From: an uncultured bacterium
GTDB lineage: Bacteria; Abyssobacteria; SURF-5
DNA length: 23,598 nt
Assembly: GCA_964607485.1 (NCBI GenBank)
Contig: CAZSKP010000058.1
Location: 1-23,598 of the forward strand
Direction: 5' to 3'
This document shows, one piece after another, positions 7,211 through 16,308 of this stretch (within the stretch, counting starts at the first letter, position 1; every line of letters begins with the position of its first letter). The notes under the pieces were generated by a model. The model ran no database searches. It was not told the DNA's origin and was given only the letters and a program-made list of their open reading frames with translations. The translations under genes and the position numbers were made by a program.

Positions 7211-8190
7211 CCGCCTTTTCCCTCCTGCTTGATAAACTCGATATACACCTTGGAGTAATCTGTGGCCATAGCTGCCGAATATCTGTCATCGAGCCAAAGC
7301 GGCGTCATCACGCTGTTTTTGTCCATCCCCTTCAGGACCTTGCCGAGTACCGAGCTTTTCACAACGAAGAAACCGTAAAGATACAGAAACTGTGTACAGC
7401 GACTTGTAGAGCTAAAGTCGTAGTTTCCCAATTCGTCGATTCTTTGTTCAAGAACTCCGCTTAGCTTTTCAATGGTCTCTTTTATATCTTCTGAGGCACC
7501 CCTCTTGTTCATGTACCAAGCAAAGCAGCTATTCGTTATCGACTGATATCCTATATCTAAGCCGCCGTATTCGAGCGTGTATCCATACTTTTCGACGTCT
7601 GACCGCATCAGTGCGAAGAACTCATCGGCCGCGCTGTCAAAAGAGGATTCTTGAGAAAGTTGCCCAATGTTTACGAGGCTGTTTATGGCTGCCGCCATTT
7701 GGTTGGCTACGACCCGATTAGGGTTCTCGCGGATCCACGTGCCGACGCGCCTTAATTTTTCAACAAGGCCCGCTCTATTTATCAATGCCTTGGTTTTCTT
7801 TATCGCTTCCTCATCGCTTTTCAAGAGTATATTGAGAGTTTCAGTAACCGTAAAACACGAGAAGGAGGTCGCGCAGAAACTCCGTTCAAAAGGATATATT
7901 TCCACGGCAGAACCGTCTTTGCTCAACCGAGATGCCCAGAATTCCATTATTGCGATCATCCAATCCAATACTCTTGCGTTCTTATAGAATGCGTTCCCTT
8001 CGAATCCGTTTTCATAGACCAACGCAAGAAGAAGGCATATCTCCTGAAACCTTGCGTTTGAGATATCATGGAGTTTGTAATGCCAGTAATATCTGTCGCA
8101 GCACCCATAGGTGGAAGAACCGGGATTCCTGTCAACCTGGCCGAGGGCACGAGGTATGGATTGCAGGATTGTGTCTCTTAGCTTCTCCAT
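7207..8190 (-). CDS. Hypothetical protein, probably helical (alpha/alpha barrel-like), glycan-locus associated
   Basis: 327-aa ORF co-oriented in the operon, with motif-like segments DRNPGSSTYGCCDRYYWHYK, EIYPFERSFCATSF, VANQ and EYGGLDIGYQS. The fold is an inference. Confidence 0.75.
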   Translation of the reverse strand: MEKLRDTILQSIPRALGQVDRNPGSSTYGCCDRYYWHYKLHDISNARFQEICLLLALVYENGFEGNAFYKNARVLDWMIAIMEFWASRLSKDGSAVEIYPFERSFCATSFSCFTVTETLNILLKSDEEAIKKTKALINRAGLVEKLRRVGTWIRENPNRVVANQMAAAINSLVNIGQLSQESSFDSAADEFFALMRSDVEKYGYTLEYGGLDIGYQSITNSCFAWYMNKRGASEDIKETIEKLSGVLEQRIDELGNYDFSSTSRCTQFLYLYGFFVVKSSVLGKVLKGMDKNSVMTPLWLDDRYSAAMATDYSKVYIEFIKQEGKGG

Positions 8191-8260
8191 GAGCGATCGA
8201 TATCTGCAGGCTTTGGGACTGTTGCGCTTACTTCCATGTGAGCATTAAGAATGAGGTCAT

Positions 8261-10033
8261 TCATCTGTCAGCCACTATGCCGCCCCTGCCGCCTTTCTTG
8301 AACAGGACGTTTATTTTGGAGAATCCTCTTTCGTAGAAGAAGTCCTTCAGCGCCGTCATATTCGGATGCCAGTGGCCGGTGAGCCTCGCAGCGCCTTTGG
8401 CCTGCGGACCCATATATTGAGAAGATCTGACAAAACGGACAAGCGGAATATCTGAGTCATCCGGATGTATGGCCGATTCGACAATGATTCTGCTCTTGGT
8501 TACGTTTGCGACCTGGTCTAATGCCGTGGTCAGATATCTGCAGTGATACAAGAGGCCGACAAAGAAGACCAGGTCAAATTTCCGGCCGAGTGTTTCCAGT
8601 TCGGAAACGTTTAGCGTCCTGAAGTCCACGTCCACGTTCTTGACTTCCGCGCAGAACTTGGCTTGGTCAATATATTCCTGTTTCAGGTCCACGCCGCAAA
8701 CATAATCCGCTCCTCTGCGCTTGGCTTCAAATGCAAAGTAGCCGGCGTTGCATCCGACGTCCAAAACGGAATATCCCCTCAGGTCCGCGGGTACCGCCCG
8801 GGCTATTGCCTCCCATCTGATGCGGGGGTGGTCTAGCTCCTCTCCCCAGATCCTGCGTGTCTTGGTGTGAATGCCACTTCCCAGGTCTATGTCCTGATAC
8901 CAGCCTATTCCTTCATCAAACTTCTTTATCTCTTCCCTTATCTCCCGCTCCGTCCATTTTGACGCCTTTGCGTCCTCGTCGTGAGATGTTTCGCGCTCGT
9001 CCAAGGATGCCTCGCGTTCGTCCCTTCCGGAAACAACTCTCAGGCGGGAGTCGCCCGCTTCGTCATAAAACGTCATTCTATCCGGTTCTTTATTAAGTCT
9101 CGCCTGCATTTGCGTTTTTGTCTTAATTCCATCGTACACACCACTGAGCCACGGCCTGTCGGTCATGCCAAACAGGCGAAATGATTTCTCGCATTCGGTA
9201 AAGGATACACCATTCGACGGTTTCTGCAACACCACGACGATGTTACGCAACGGATCGCCCGGATCCATGGAAATCTCACGAATTCCGTATTCCACACCTC
9301 TCAAGCCGCTGTCAAGGTCTCCAGCGGTGATTCTCGCCCCTACAGTGCCCGTTCCAATCGGCTCCGTTCTACTTCCAAAAAATTGGAAAAGGAAGAGTCC
9401 TTCAGGCTTTAAGACCCTGATCGCTTCCTGTATGTATTCGATTATTATTCCTATATGAGTGATGTGCTGAAATACGCCCGCGCTGACACAATAGTCAAAC
9501 GAATCATCCTCGAAATCTCTCAATGTGCTTCCGTCATTTGTCAGCAATTCCACATTATCCAAATCAGAACAGTATTCTCTCGCCACTCGGATCATTTCTT
9601 CGGAAATGTCAACGCCGCACACATGAGCGAAACGCGCGGCAAGCGGCTTTATGAAGCGGCCGACTCCGCATCCGATCTCAAGGATGCTTGCGCGGCCGGG
9701 CTCAATGTTTCCGTACTCTTCAAAGCGTTCGATCATACGATTGACAAACCGGACTCCGACAGTGTGAAATTCTTCTTCATCCCATTGTTCACCGTCTTGA
9801 AGATGCGAAATGAATCCAAGCTTGCTTCTCTTGCTGAGGCTGTTCCAAAGCTCCCTCATTTGGCTGGCATCGGGAGGTTGGACTTCAAGTCCGCCGTGAG
9901 ACCTCTCTATGTTGGCAACACGAGTCTGGATATCAGCTACTTGCGCTTGCAGCGCAGCTATGCCCGTCGCGCTTTTTATGGCTTTCTTGATTCCCGGGGG
10001 AACGAGACTTCTTATGAAATCAAACCCGGCCAT
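8261..10033 (-). CDS. Two-domain class I SAM-dependent methyltransferase with short N-terminal coiled coil
   Basis: Domain 1: ILEIGCGVGR, GVDISEEM, FDY, RVLKPEG. Domain 2: WYQDIDLG, VLDVGCNAGYF, FDLVFFVGLLYH (CmoB/DUF1698-like). Strong RBS GAGGAGGAGG. Confidence 0.9.
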   Translation of the reverse strand: MAGFDFIRSLVPPGIKKAIKSATGIAALQAQVADIQTRVANIERSHGGLEVQPPDASQMRELWNSLSKRSKLGFISHLQDGEQWDEEEFHTVGVRFVNRMIERFEEYGNIEPGRASILEIGCGVGRFIKPLAARFAHVCGVDISEEMIRVAREYCSDLDNVELLTNDGSTLRDFEDDSFDYCVSAGVFQHITHIGIIIEYIQEAIRVLKPEGLFLFQFFGSRTEPIGTGTVGARITAGDLDSGLRGVEYGIREISMDPGDPLRNIVVVLQKPSNGVSFTECEKSFRLFGMTDRPWLSGVYDGIKTKTQMQARLNKEPDRMTFYDEAGDSRLRVVSGRDEREASLDERETSHDEDAKASKWTEREIREEIKKFDEGIGWYQDIDLGSGIHTKTRRIWGEELDHPRIRWEAIARAVPADLRGYSVLDVGCNAGYFAFEAKRRGADYVCGVDLKQEYIDQAKFCAEVKNVDVDFRTLNVSELETLGRKFDLVFFVGLLYHCRYLTTALDQVANVTKSRIIVESAIHPDDSDIPLVRFVRSSQYMGPQAKGAARLTGHWHPNMTALKDFFYERGFSKINVLFKKGGRGGIVADR

Positions 10034-10048
10034 TTCCTCCTCCTCTTG

Positions 10049-10891
10049 TCAAAAAAGGTCCGCGAAATTCACTCTCTCGAACGCCTCCAGCTTCCCGCCG
10101 ATGGTCGCATTATAGATTCGTCTCCCGTCCTTCTCGTAGACTTTCTTGGCGAGCTCGTAGTTCAGCAGGCAGTTCTCGAGCTTCGGGTCTTTCCACGTTT
10201 TGCCCTTGCCGAAATAGTCCGGATGAAAATGGTTCGGGTCGTCCTCCTGGGAGAGAATGCGAACTCCGGTCACGATGGCCGATTTCGGTACTGAATAGGA
10301 AAAATCCATTCCTATAAGATACACTTCAGAAAAACCCATGTAGTACGCAAGCTGCATGTTCATATACGTGACGGTCTGCCCCGCATATATGACTATGTCG
10401 CACCTCTTGGAGAACCTCGGCTTGCAGTAATAGGGGTGAGAAGCCCGATAGAATCCGCTGTCGAACGGCAAGAAGATCGTATTGTCGTCAATCCTGATCA
10501 GGTCCATATATCGCGCCGGGAAAAACCGCGGGCAATAGTCTATTCCGTTGATTCGCTCCAGGTTCTCTTTGAGGACCATATCATCTTCGACCATATAGTA
10601 CGTGGGTTTGAAACCGACCTCATCGTACTTGTAAAATATCGCGTTTACGCCAAATGTGACCTCACTGTCGAGCGAGCGCAGATCGACCTTATTGAGCGAC
10701 GGCCCATTGCCGATAATGAAGCATCTTTGCCCTTTGTGCTTATTCTTAAACGCGCGGAGCCTTTTCCGGTTTACAGCCTCGAAGGCCTTATCGGTAATGA
10801 CATCCAGGTCCCTCGAAGCGTGTTGCTTAGGCCCAAGAAACGCTCGTATTCGCGTTCGCAATCTTACTTTGCTTCGGAGTTTCGCCAGCAT
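10049..10891 (-). CDS. DUF115/MptE-like (Maf/CstII-like) putative nonulosonate or other sugar transferase
   Basis: RCFIIGNGPSL, TFGVN, QLAYYMGFSEVYLIGMDF, NHFHPDYF, IYNAT-GG-LEAFER. Start chosen at ATG 10891 (GGAAGGA RBS); the ORF track begins at 10957. Confidence 0.8.
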   Translation of the reverse strand: MLAKLRSKVRLRTRIRAFLGPKQHASRDLDVITDKAFEAVNRKRLRAFKNKHKGQRCFIIGNGPSLNKVDLRSLDSEVTFGVNAIFYKYDEVGFKPTYYMVEDDMVLKENLERINGIDYCPRFFPARYMDLIRIDDNTIFLPFDSGFYRASHPYYCKPRFSKRCDIVIYAGQTVTYMNMQLAYYMGFSEVYLIGMDFSYSVPKSAIVTGVRILSQEDDPNHFHPDYFGKGKTWKDPKLENCLLNYELAKKVYEKDGRRIYNATIGGKLEAFERVNFADLF

Positions 10892-10999
10892 CGCAGATTT
10901 CCTTCCATAAGCTTCCGCATGGTCCAAATGGAAAATGCCCCGCCCGCGGGAAGACACCTCCCATGTGCAAAAAGCAAGCGTCTCCCCCGGCCCGGCCTC

Positions 11000-11977
11000 T
11001 CACTTTTCCGTAACTTTTCTGTCGCGCGCCTCTCTCCATCTCTCAAGATAATAGCCGGCGTTGTATGCAAGCGTCATGACCATTGGCAGAGTCCCAAATC
11101 GAATGAAGAAAATAACTCTCTTTATGGCGGCAACAAATTGCAGCGCGAGAAGCTTGGGCGCGCGCAGAATCTTTTTCCAGATCGGCTCGGCCAGGATGTG
11201 ATTAATTTCATGTTTTGCATATCCCGATCTGGCGTCGGAAACCCCCTTATAATATGCTTTGTTTAATAAGTACTTCCTGCCGACTCGACGTTGCTTGGCC
11301 AAATGACGAACAAGGGCGTCCGGCGTATAGAGGCAGGAATGTTTGATCTGCTTGATCTTTCTCAGCAGCACTTCTTCCTCATTCGCCAGATACTTTTCCT
11401 TCATGCGGCCCAGCCGGACATCAAATCTGCCGAACTGATCGAAGACACCTCTCCTGAATGAGATATTCCCTCCCGTCGGTCCATGATCGGAATTATCCAG
11501 GAAAATATCCCCGTCTCCGGCGTCATACCCGATCGTGAGGTAAATCATATACTTCGGTCGCCTCACCCAAGGTGGCACTTCGAAATCCAATTGCTGAATT
11601 ATCTTGCCGCCCAGGCAGAGTATCGAAGGATGGGCGCGGAATTTCTTAGCGATCACCTCGACAAAATTCGGTTCCGCGACTGAATCGTCATCTATGAAAG
11701 TAATAATCTCTCCTCTTGATTCATCAATCCCCCTATTCCTTGCATAAGAGAGTCCTTGATTATGTTCGAAGAAATACTTCAAATTCTCATGCTCCGGCAA
11801 GAGACTCTTGACATATTCCGCCGTGCCGTCATCGGAGTTGTTATCGACCACCACGACCTCATATTCATGCTTGTCGAAAGTCTGATCCAGGATTGCGTCA
11901 AGCGATTTCTTCAGTTCGCTCAGGCTGTTATATGTGCACACGACAACACTGACAAGACAATTGTCCGAGGTCCTCAT
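11000..11977 (-). CDS. GT2 family glycosyltransferase
   Basis: VSVVVCTYN, VVDNNSDD, GLSYARNRG, FIDDD, GGNISFRR, EE catalytic-base region. Confidence 0.92.
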   Translation of the reverse strand: MRTSDNCLVSVVVCTYNSLSELKKSLDAILDQTFDKHEYEVVVVDNNSDDGTAEYVKSLLPEHENLKYFFEHNQGLSYARNRGIDESRGEIITFIDDDSVAEPNFVEVIAKKFRAHPSILCLGGKIIQQLDFEVPPWVRRPKYMIYLTIGYDAGDGDIFLDNSDHGPTGGNISFRRGVFDQFGRFDVRLGRMKEKYLANEEEVLLRKIKQIKHSCLYTPDALVRHLAKQRRVGRKYLLNKAYYKGVSDARSGYAKHEINHILAEPIWKKILRAPKLLALQFVAAIKRVIFFIRFGTLPMVMTLAYNAGYYLERWREARDRKVTEK

Positions 11978-12071
11978 ACCCTATTTGGCTCCCGGCCGGA
12001 CCAGCCGGCATCCTTGCCCGGTCACTCCGTTGAAAATCCGAAAGGTGACGCTGCGGCGCTTCAGTCTAACA

Positions 12072-13265
12072 TCATCCATCGGCGTTGCGACCTCTTGTTG
12101 TCTGCAACCCCTTCCTTGCGCCTCTTAGTTTTGCTAGGGCAACCGTGACATTGTCGCGATTCGCCCTTATGATGTGTTTGGTAAAATCAACAAACAGGAA
12201 TTTGAAGAGGTCTCGCGCTATCAAGATATTCAGGACGGCGAACGTCGTGAAAAACGCCGTAATAGCGACTTTGGTCGGGGCCAGCCTGGAACGAATGGAT
12301 TTCGGCAAGACGAGAGAGGCGAGAATCGTGCGTTTCTCATACTCGTTCGCGAACATATCGCGCATATTCCTGGTCGCATGTTTCCTGTTCGTTCCGTGGT
12401 AAAGCCACGTATTTGCATCGATATAGTTCCTATAGCCCGATTGTAACGCGCGGATGGAAAAGTGCGCGTCCTCCAAACCATACTGATTGAATCTTTCATC
12501 AAGGCCGCCAATTTCATCGAGCAGCGTCCTCCTGAAAACTTGGCTGCCGCCCCCGACATTCGACACGGCATACTTGTCAATACCGTTTCTGATTAGATTC
12601 AGATATTTGGTGTTCAATCTGAGGGAAGGGTGCCAGCTTTTCTTTATTCCGAACAGCCGGAGGAGGTAGCTTTCCAGCTTGTAGAGTTCCGGCAGAATTG
12701 AAAAATACGCGAAGTAGTAGTTCTCATGCACTCCGACATGATACAGCCTCTCCGGGTCAAAGTCTTTCAGCGTCGCCGCTTTTATCTCCTGGCTGCTGAG
12801 CTTTATTATCGTGCCTTTCAATTTTCCCGTGGAACAATATTGAAATAGGCTTTCTCCGTCGGTGCAGGCCCTCGTTATATCTGCGATTGCGGGCCCGACG
12901 ATTCCAGCGTCCTCTTGCTCGAGCAAGAATGTTGCGAGGTTTCTGACGTAGTCCTGCGGCGGGACAACGTCATTGTCAAGGATCATGATTATGTCGGAGT
13001 TTCGACATTCCTCAGTGCGAAAGAGAAAATTCCTGCCTCCTGCGACGCCAAGGTTTTCTTCGGACTCATAATACCTCAGGCTCTCGTGAGCGGAAAACAA
13101 CCGCTTCATCTTTTCGCTATGCCCGCCGTTCATGAGAACACTGATAACCACACTGTCTTCGAGATTTTCGAGCAGCGTTTCGACCGCCATCAGCGTGAGG
13201 TCGACTTCGGGCTCCATACAGAGAATCACAATATTTATGGCCCAATCCTTGCCGTCAATTATCAT
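12072..13265 (-). CDS. GT2-like glycosyltransferase (divergent)
   Basis: ENLGVAGGRN, ILDND (DxD), IGGLDERF, GLED and LYH motifs, typical of GT2 rhamnosyltransferase-like folds. Confidence 0.82.
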   Translation of the reverse strand: MIIDGKDWAINIVILCMEPEVDLTLMAVETLLENLEDSVVISVLMNGGHSEKMKRLFSAHESLRYYESEENLGVAGGRNFLFRTEECRNSDIIMILDNDVVPPQDYVRNLATFLLEQEDAGIVGPAIADITRACTDGESLFQYCSTGKLKGTIIKLSSQEIKAATLKDFDPERLYHVGVHENYYFAYFSILPELYKLESYLLRLFGIKKSWHPSLRLNTKYLNLIRNGIDKYAVSNVGGGSQVFRRTLLDEIGGLDERFNQYGLEDAHFSIRALQSGYRNYIDANTWLYHGTNRKHATRNMRDMFANEYEKRTILASLVLPKSIRSRLAPTKVAITAFFTTFAVLNILIARDLFKFLFVDFTKHIIRANRDNVTVALAKLRGARKGLQTTRGRNADG

Positions 13266-13334
13266 GGCTTATTCTCGCACAACCGTTTCCGACCGGCCTC
13301 CGCAAAACACGGGACCGAAACATGTCCCGCCGGC

Positions 13335-14582
13335 TCAGTGAAATCGCCAATCGCAATCCAGGGTGATGGACCCAAAATGCAGCGGCATTTCCTCAACCCG
13401 GAAATGAACGTTGGGCTGCCGATACAGGTACTTGGGACCGTCGAGGACTGTCAGCATCGAATGATATTCGCCGGGATTGAAGACGATGGGATTCAGATTG
13501 ACCGCGCCCTTCACCCACCCGTCTTTGGCCGGAGGCACCCTTATCCTCTGCACGTCCGTGTTCAGGGCGGTCAGCAAATTGCCGTGTGAATCCCATATCG
13601 GTATTCCGATAATCAAGTTCCGAACCGGCTCCAAGAGCTTGAATGAGAATTCCAGATATATTTCATCGCCGTGTTTGACGCTCCCAATAGACTCCCCGTT
13701 CCTTCCAACCCACCTGTGCGTGACCTCGTCGAGCCTGTTCTCGTCGTAATAGTTCTCTCCCTGAAACGCCTTGGCGGGCATTTCGCCATCTTCGTCGAAG
13801 TCATAATCCTTCTTGTTCCAGATCTCCTCAAAATAGAAGCGGACGGCGTCCTCGGGCTCTCCTTCGTAGGTCTTCTTTCCTTTGTCCAAGACAACCACCC
13901 TGTCGCAGAATCTCAAGATGGGACCCATCGAATGCGACACAAAAACCACGGACATGCGTTCCCGCATTTCCTGAATTCGGTCCAGGCATTTTTGCTTGAA
14001 CCTGAAATCACCAACGGACAGGACCTCGTCGATCAACAGAATATCGGGAGTCACATTTACGGCGACGGCGAATCCCAGGCGCATCTTCATGCCGCTCGAG
14101 TACATCCTGACCGGGCGATCAAAAAAGTCGCCGATTTCCGCAAAGGCTCTAATCTCTTCGATCTTTCGGTCCATCTCCTTTCTGGAGAGGCCTATAATCG
14201 CGCCGTTCATGTAGGCGTTTTCCCTGCCCGAGAATTGTGCACTGAACCCCATCCCAAGCTCCAGCAGGGCGGCGATCCTGCCGTCCACTTTTACTTCGCC
14301 GGTCGTGTGACTCAGTATCCCTGCAAGAATCTGAAGCAGCGTGCTCTTTCCGGCGCCGTTCAGGCCGACCACGCCGAGCGCCTCCCCGCGCTTGACGGTC
14401 AAGTCAACGTCTTTGAGGGCCCAGAATTCTTCATAGTATTTCTTCTTGGAGGAAAAGAGCTGGATCAATCGAGTTCTCGTCCCGGGAAAGATATGGTAGC
14501 ACTTGGAGAGATTCTTTACCCGAATCGCCTCGCGGGAATTGCCGGCCAAGCTATCTTCACGTCGCGCCTGATTAGATGACAT
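13335..14582 (-). CDS. wzt: Polysaccharide ABC exporter ATP-binding subunit with C-terminal Wzt_C-like domain
   Basis: FWALKDV, Walker A GLNGAGKST, YSSGM signature, LLIDEVLSVGD, VSH; followed by a beta-rich C-terminal extension (..NPGEY..). Start chosen at ATG 14582, overlapping the wzm 3' end (a TTG at 14549 is also possible). Confidence 0.93.
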   Translation of the reverse strand: MSSNQARREDSLAGNSREAIRVKNLSKCYHIFPGTRTRLIQLFSSKKKYYEEFWALKDVDLTVKRGEALGVVGLNGAGKSTLLQILAGILSHTTGEVKVDGRIAALLELGMGFSAQFSGRENAYMNGAIIGLSRKEMDRKIEEIRAFAEIGDFFDRPVRMYSSGMKMRLGFAVAVNVTPDILLIDEVLSVGDFRFKQKCLDRIQEMRERMSVVFVSHSMGPILRFCDRVVVLDKGKKTYEGEPEDAVRFYFEEIWNKKDYDFDEDGEMPAKAFQGENYYDENRLDEVTHRWVGRNGESIGSVKHGDEIYLEFSFKLLEPVRNLIIGIPIWDSHGNLLTALNTDVQRIRVPPAKDGWVKGAVNLNPIVFNPGEYHSMLTVLDGPKYLYRQPNVHFRVEEMPLHFGSITLDCDWRFH

Positions 14583-15375
14583 CCGCAAACTCCGATTTTG
14601 TCTTCCTGAAGAAATAGAGGCCCCCGATAAGCGCCAGCGCAGCCCAGACCCCAAAACAGCCCATCATCTTTAGATCGGGCATCTTCTCCGCTAACAGCGC
14701 ATCACGGCACATGCTGATAAGCAGCGCCATGGGATTTAACCATTCCACAAACTGAAATCGCTCGGGTATCATGGTGGGCGGATACACGATAGGAGTCAAG
14801 AAGAACCACACAGTGAGAATAACTCCGACAAAATGCTTGGCGTCATTGAAAAAAACCGTAAGGGCACCGAAAAACATGCCCAGGCCGAGCGAAAAGAATG
14901 CCTGCAGAATTATCAGAAATGGAAGAAGCGCAAGGAAAGGGCTGATGCTTCTTGTGCTCAAAACAACCGCAGCCAGCAATATGCCGAATCCGATCAGTTC
15001 GCTGACAATGCTGGAAACCACCGACACACAGGGGAATATTTCCACGTTTATCGTTGACTTTTTCACAAGGTCCGGCTTCCCGACGATCACGCCAGCACAG
15101 GAATTGAGAGACTCGGCGAAAGCGTTCCAGGGGACTAATCCGCAGAAGAGGAACAGCGGAAAGCTCCCAGTGACGCCCCGATGGCCGAGTTTCACCTTGA
15201 AAATGGTGGAAAAGACGACAGTATAGACCGCAAGCATGATGAGAGGGTTGATGACATTCCAGAAAAAACCGAAGTAGGTTTCCTTGTACTTGGCCGTCAG
15301 GTCTCTGCGCACGAGCGCAAGCAGAAGCTCCTTGCCCGCCAAAACCTCTTTCAGAAAGGTCAATAGCATCTTCAT
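14572..15375 (-). CDS. wzm: Polysaccharide ABC exporter permease (ABC-2 type)
   Basis: RDLTAKYKETYFGFFWNVINPL, WFFLTPIVYP, LNPM, EFADVI C-terminus; about six TM segments; adjacent to wzt. Confidence 0.95.
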   Translation of the reverse strand: MKMLLTFLKEVLAGKELLLALVRRDLTAKYKETYFGFFWNVINPLIMLAVYTVVFSTIFKVKLGHRGVTGSFPLFLFCGLVPWNAFAESLNSCAGVIVGKPDLVKKSTINVEIFPCVSVVSSIVSELIGFGILLAAVVLSTRSISPFLALLPFLIILQAFFSLGLGMFFGALTVFFNDAKHFVGVILTVWFFLTPIVYPPTMIPERFQFVEWLNPMALLISMCRDALLAEKMPDLKMMGCFGVWAALALIGGLYFFRKTKSEFADVI

Positions 15376-15451
15376 CGCTGTTCAATTGAGCCGGCTGCGC
15401 ATGTCCGGCACAATTTCCATGCAAAGTCTATCGGCTGATTCCAGGCTCGTG

Positions 15452-16054
15452 TCAGCCGGATCGAGAAGCGCTATCCAAAAGCCAGCACACCGCCTCACCC
15501 TCAACGCCGGCTTCCTTCAGCAACGACTTCACCTCTTCGTGTCCGTCGATCTTCGCGATTATCATCTTGTCGAACCTCAGGCTGCGAAGCACATCCCTTG
15601 GCACGACGGGATAGCCGAGAAACCTGTTATCGTCGGCGTGGTCATCCAGGACCGCCACCACTCGGAAATCGAATTCCTTCAGCAGTAGCAGACACATCTC
15701 TGCCAGTTCTCCCGTTCCGTACACCACCACGTCGGTCTCGCCCGCCTTTTCCAGCTCGGCGAGCTTCTTCCTGATGTCGTCGGTGGCGTTCTTGAAATAC
15801 TTATACGAAATCAGGGCGAACTCATATGTGAGCCTTGTCTTCTCCGATATGCCCCGTGGAGTGAGCAGGTACTTTAACCGACGACGCTGCATGCCGCTGA
15901 CCTTGATGTAGCCCTTGTGCGCCAGCCGTTTGATGTACAGGTTGACGAGTCCCGACGCCATGCCGAGCTTCTTGCTCAAATATCGCTGGTTTACGTGTTC
16001 ACTTTTTGAAACCTCGTGAAGGATTTCCAGCTCTTTAATCGATTTAGGGTCCAT
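15452..16054 (-). CDS. Winged-HTH transcriptional regulator (EPS-associated MarR-like) with C-terminal Rossmann-like domain
   Basis: NQRYLSKKLGMASGLVNLYIKRLAHKGYIK...YLLTPRGISEK; C-terminal VVVYGTGELAE; first gene after a sigma70 promoter. Confidence 0.88.
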   Translation of the reverse strand: MDPKSIKELEILHEVSKSEHVNQRYLSKKLGMASGLVNLYIKRLAHKGYIKVSGMQRRRLKYLLTPRGISEKTRLTYEFALISYKYFKNATDDIRKKLAELEKAGETDVVVYGTGELAEMCLLLLKEFDFRVVAVLDDHADDNRFLGYPVVPRDVLRSLRFDKMIIAKIDGHEEVKSLLKEAGVEGEAVCWLLDSASRSG

Positions 16055-16090
16055 GATTGGTGCGCTTTTTGATGGTCAATTTTTAGACAA

Positions 16091-16119
16091 ATCATATCAC
16101 AGCTTCCGCCCAAAGTCAA
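16091..16119 (-). promoter_or_regulatory. Sigma70-type promoter of the regulator-wzm-wzt operon
   Basis: Minus strand reads TTGACT-17 nt-TATGAT with an extended -10 TG (TGaTATGAT), 36 nt upstream of ATG 16054. Confidence 0.75.
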
Positions 16120-16308
16120 GGCCCGACCTGCCGCCATTTCCGCCGCTCTCAGCCTCCACCAAGCTTCGGCCGATTTCTTGGTCCTTCGAGACCTAAACGC
16201 TCGACGGGAAATGCCTCTAACCAACGGAATATCAATGTATTATGAATCTCACAGGCAAATTCTTCGGAGGATATTCCGGTATCCTGACGGGGACGGTGTT
16301 CCGAATTC

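Noticed and set aside
7023-7289. 88-aa ORF from the track as the gene in this gap
   Set aside because: It overlaps the upstream gene by 83 nt and has no RBS; the alternative frame 7040-7210 has an ATGA overlap and AGGAGG.
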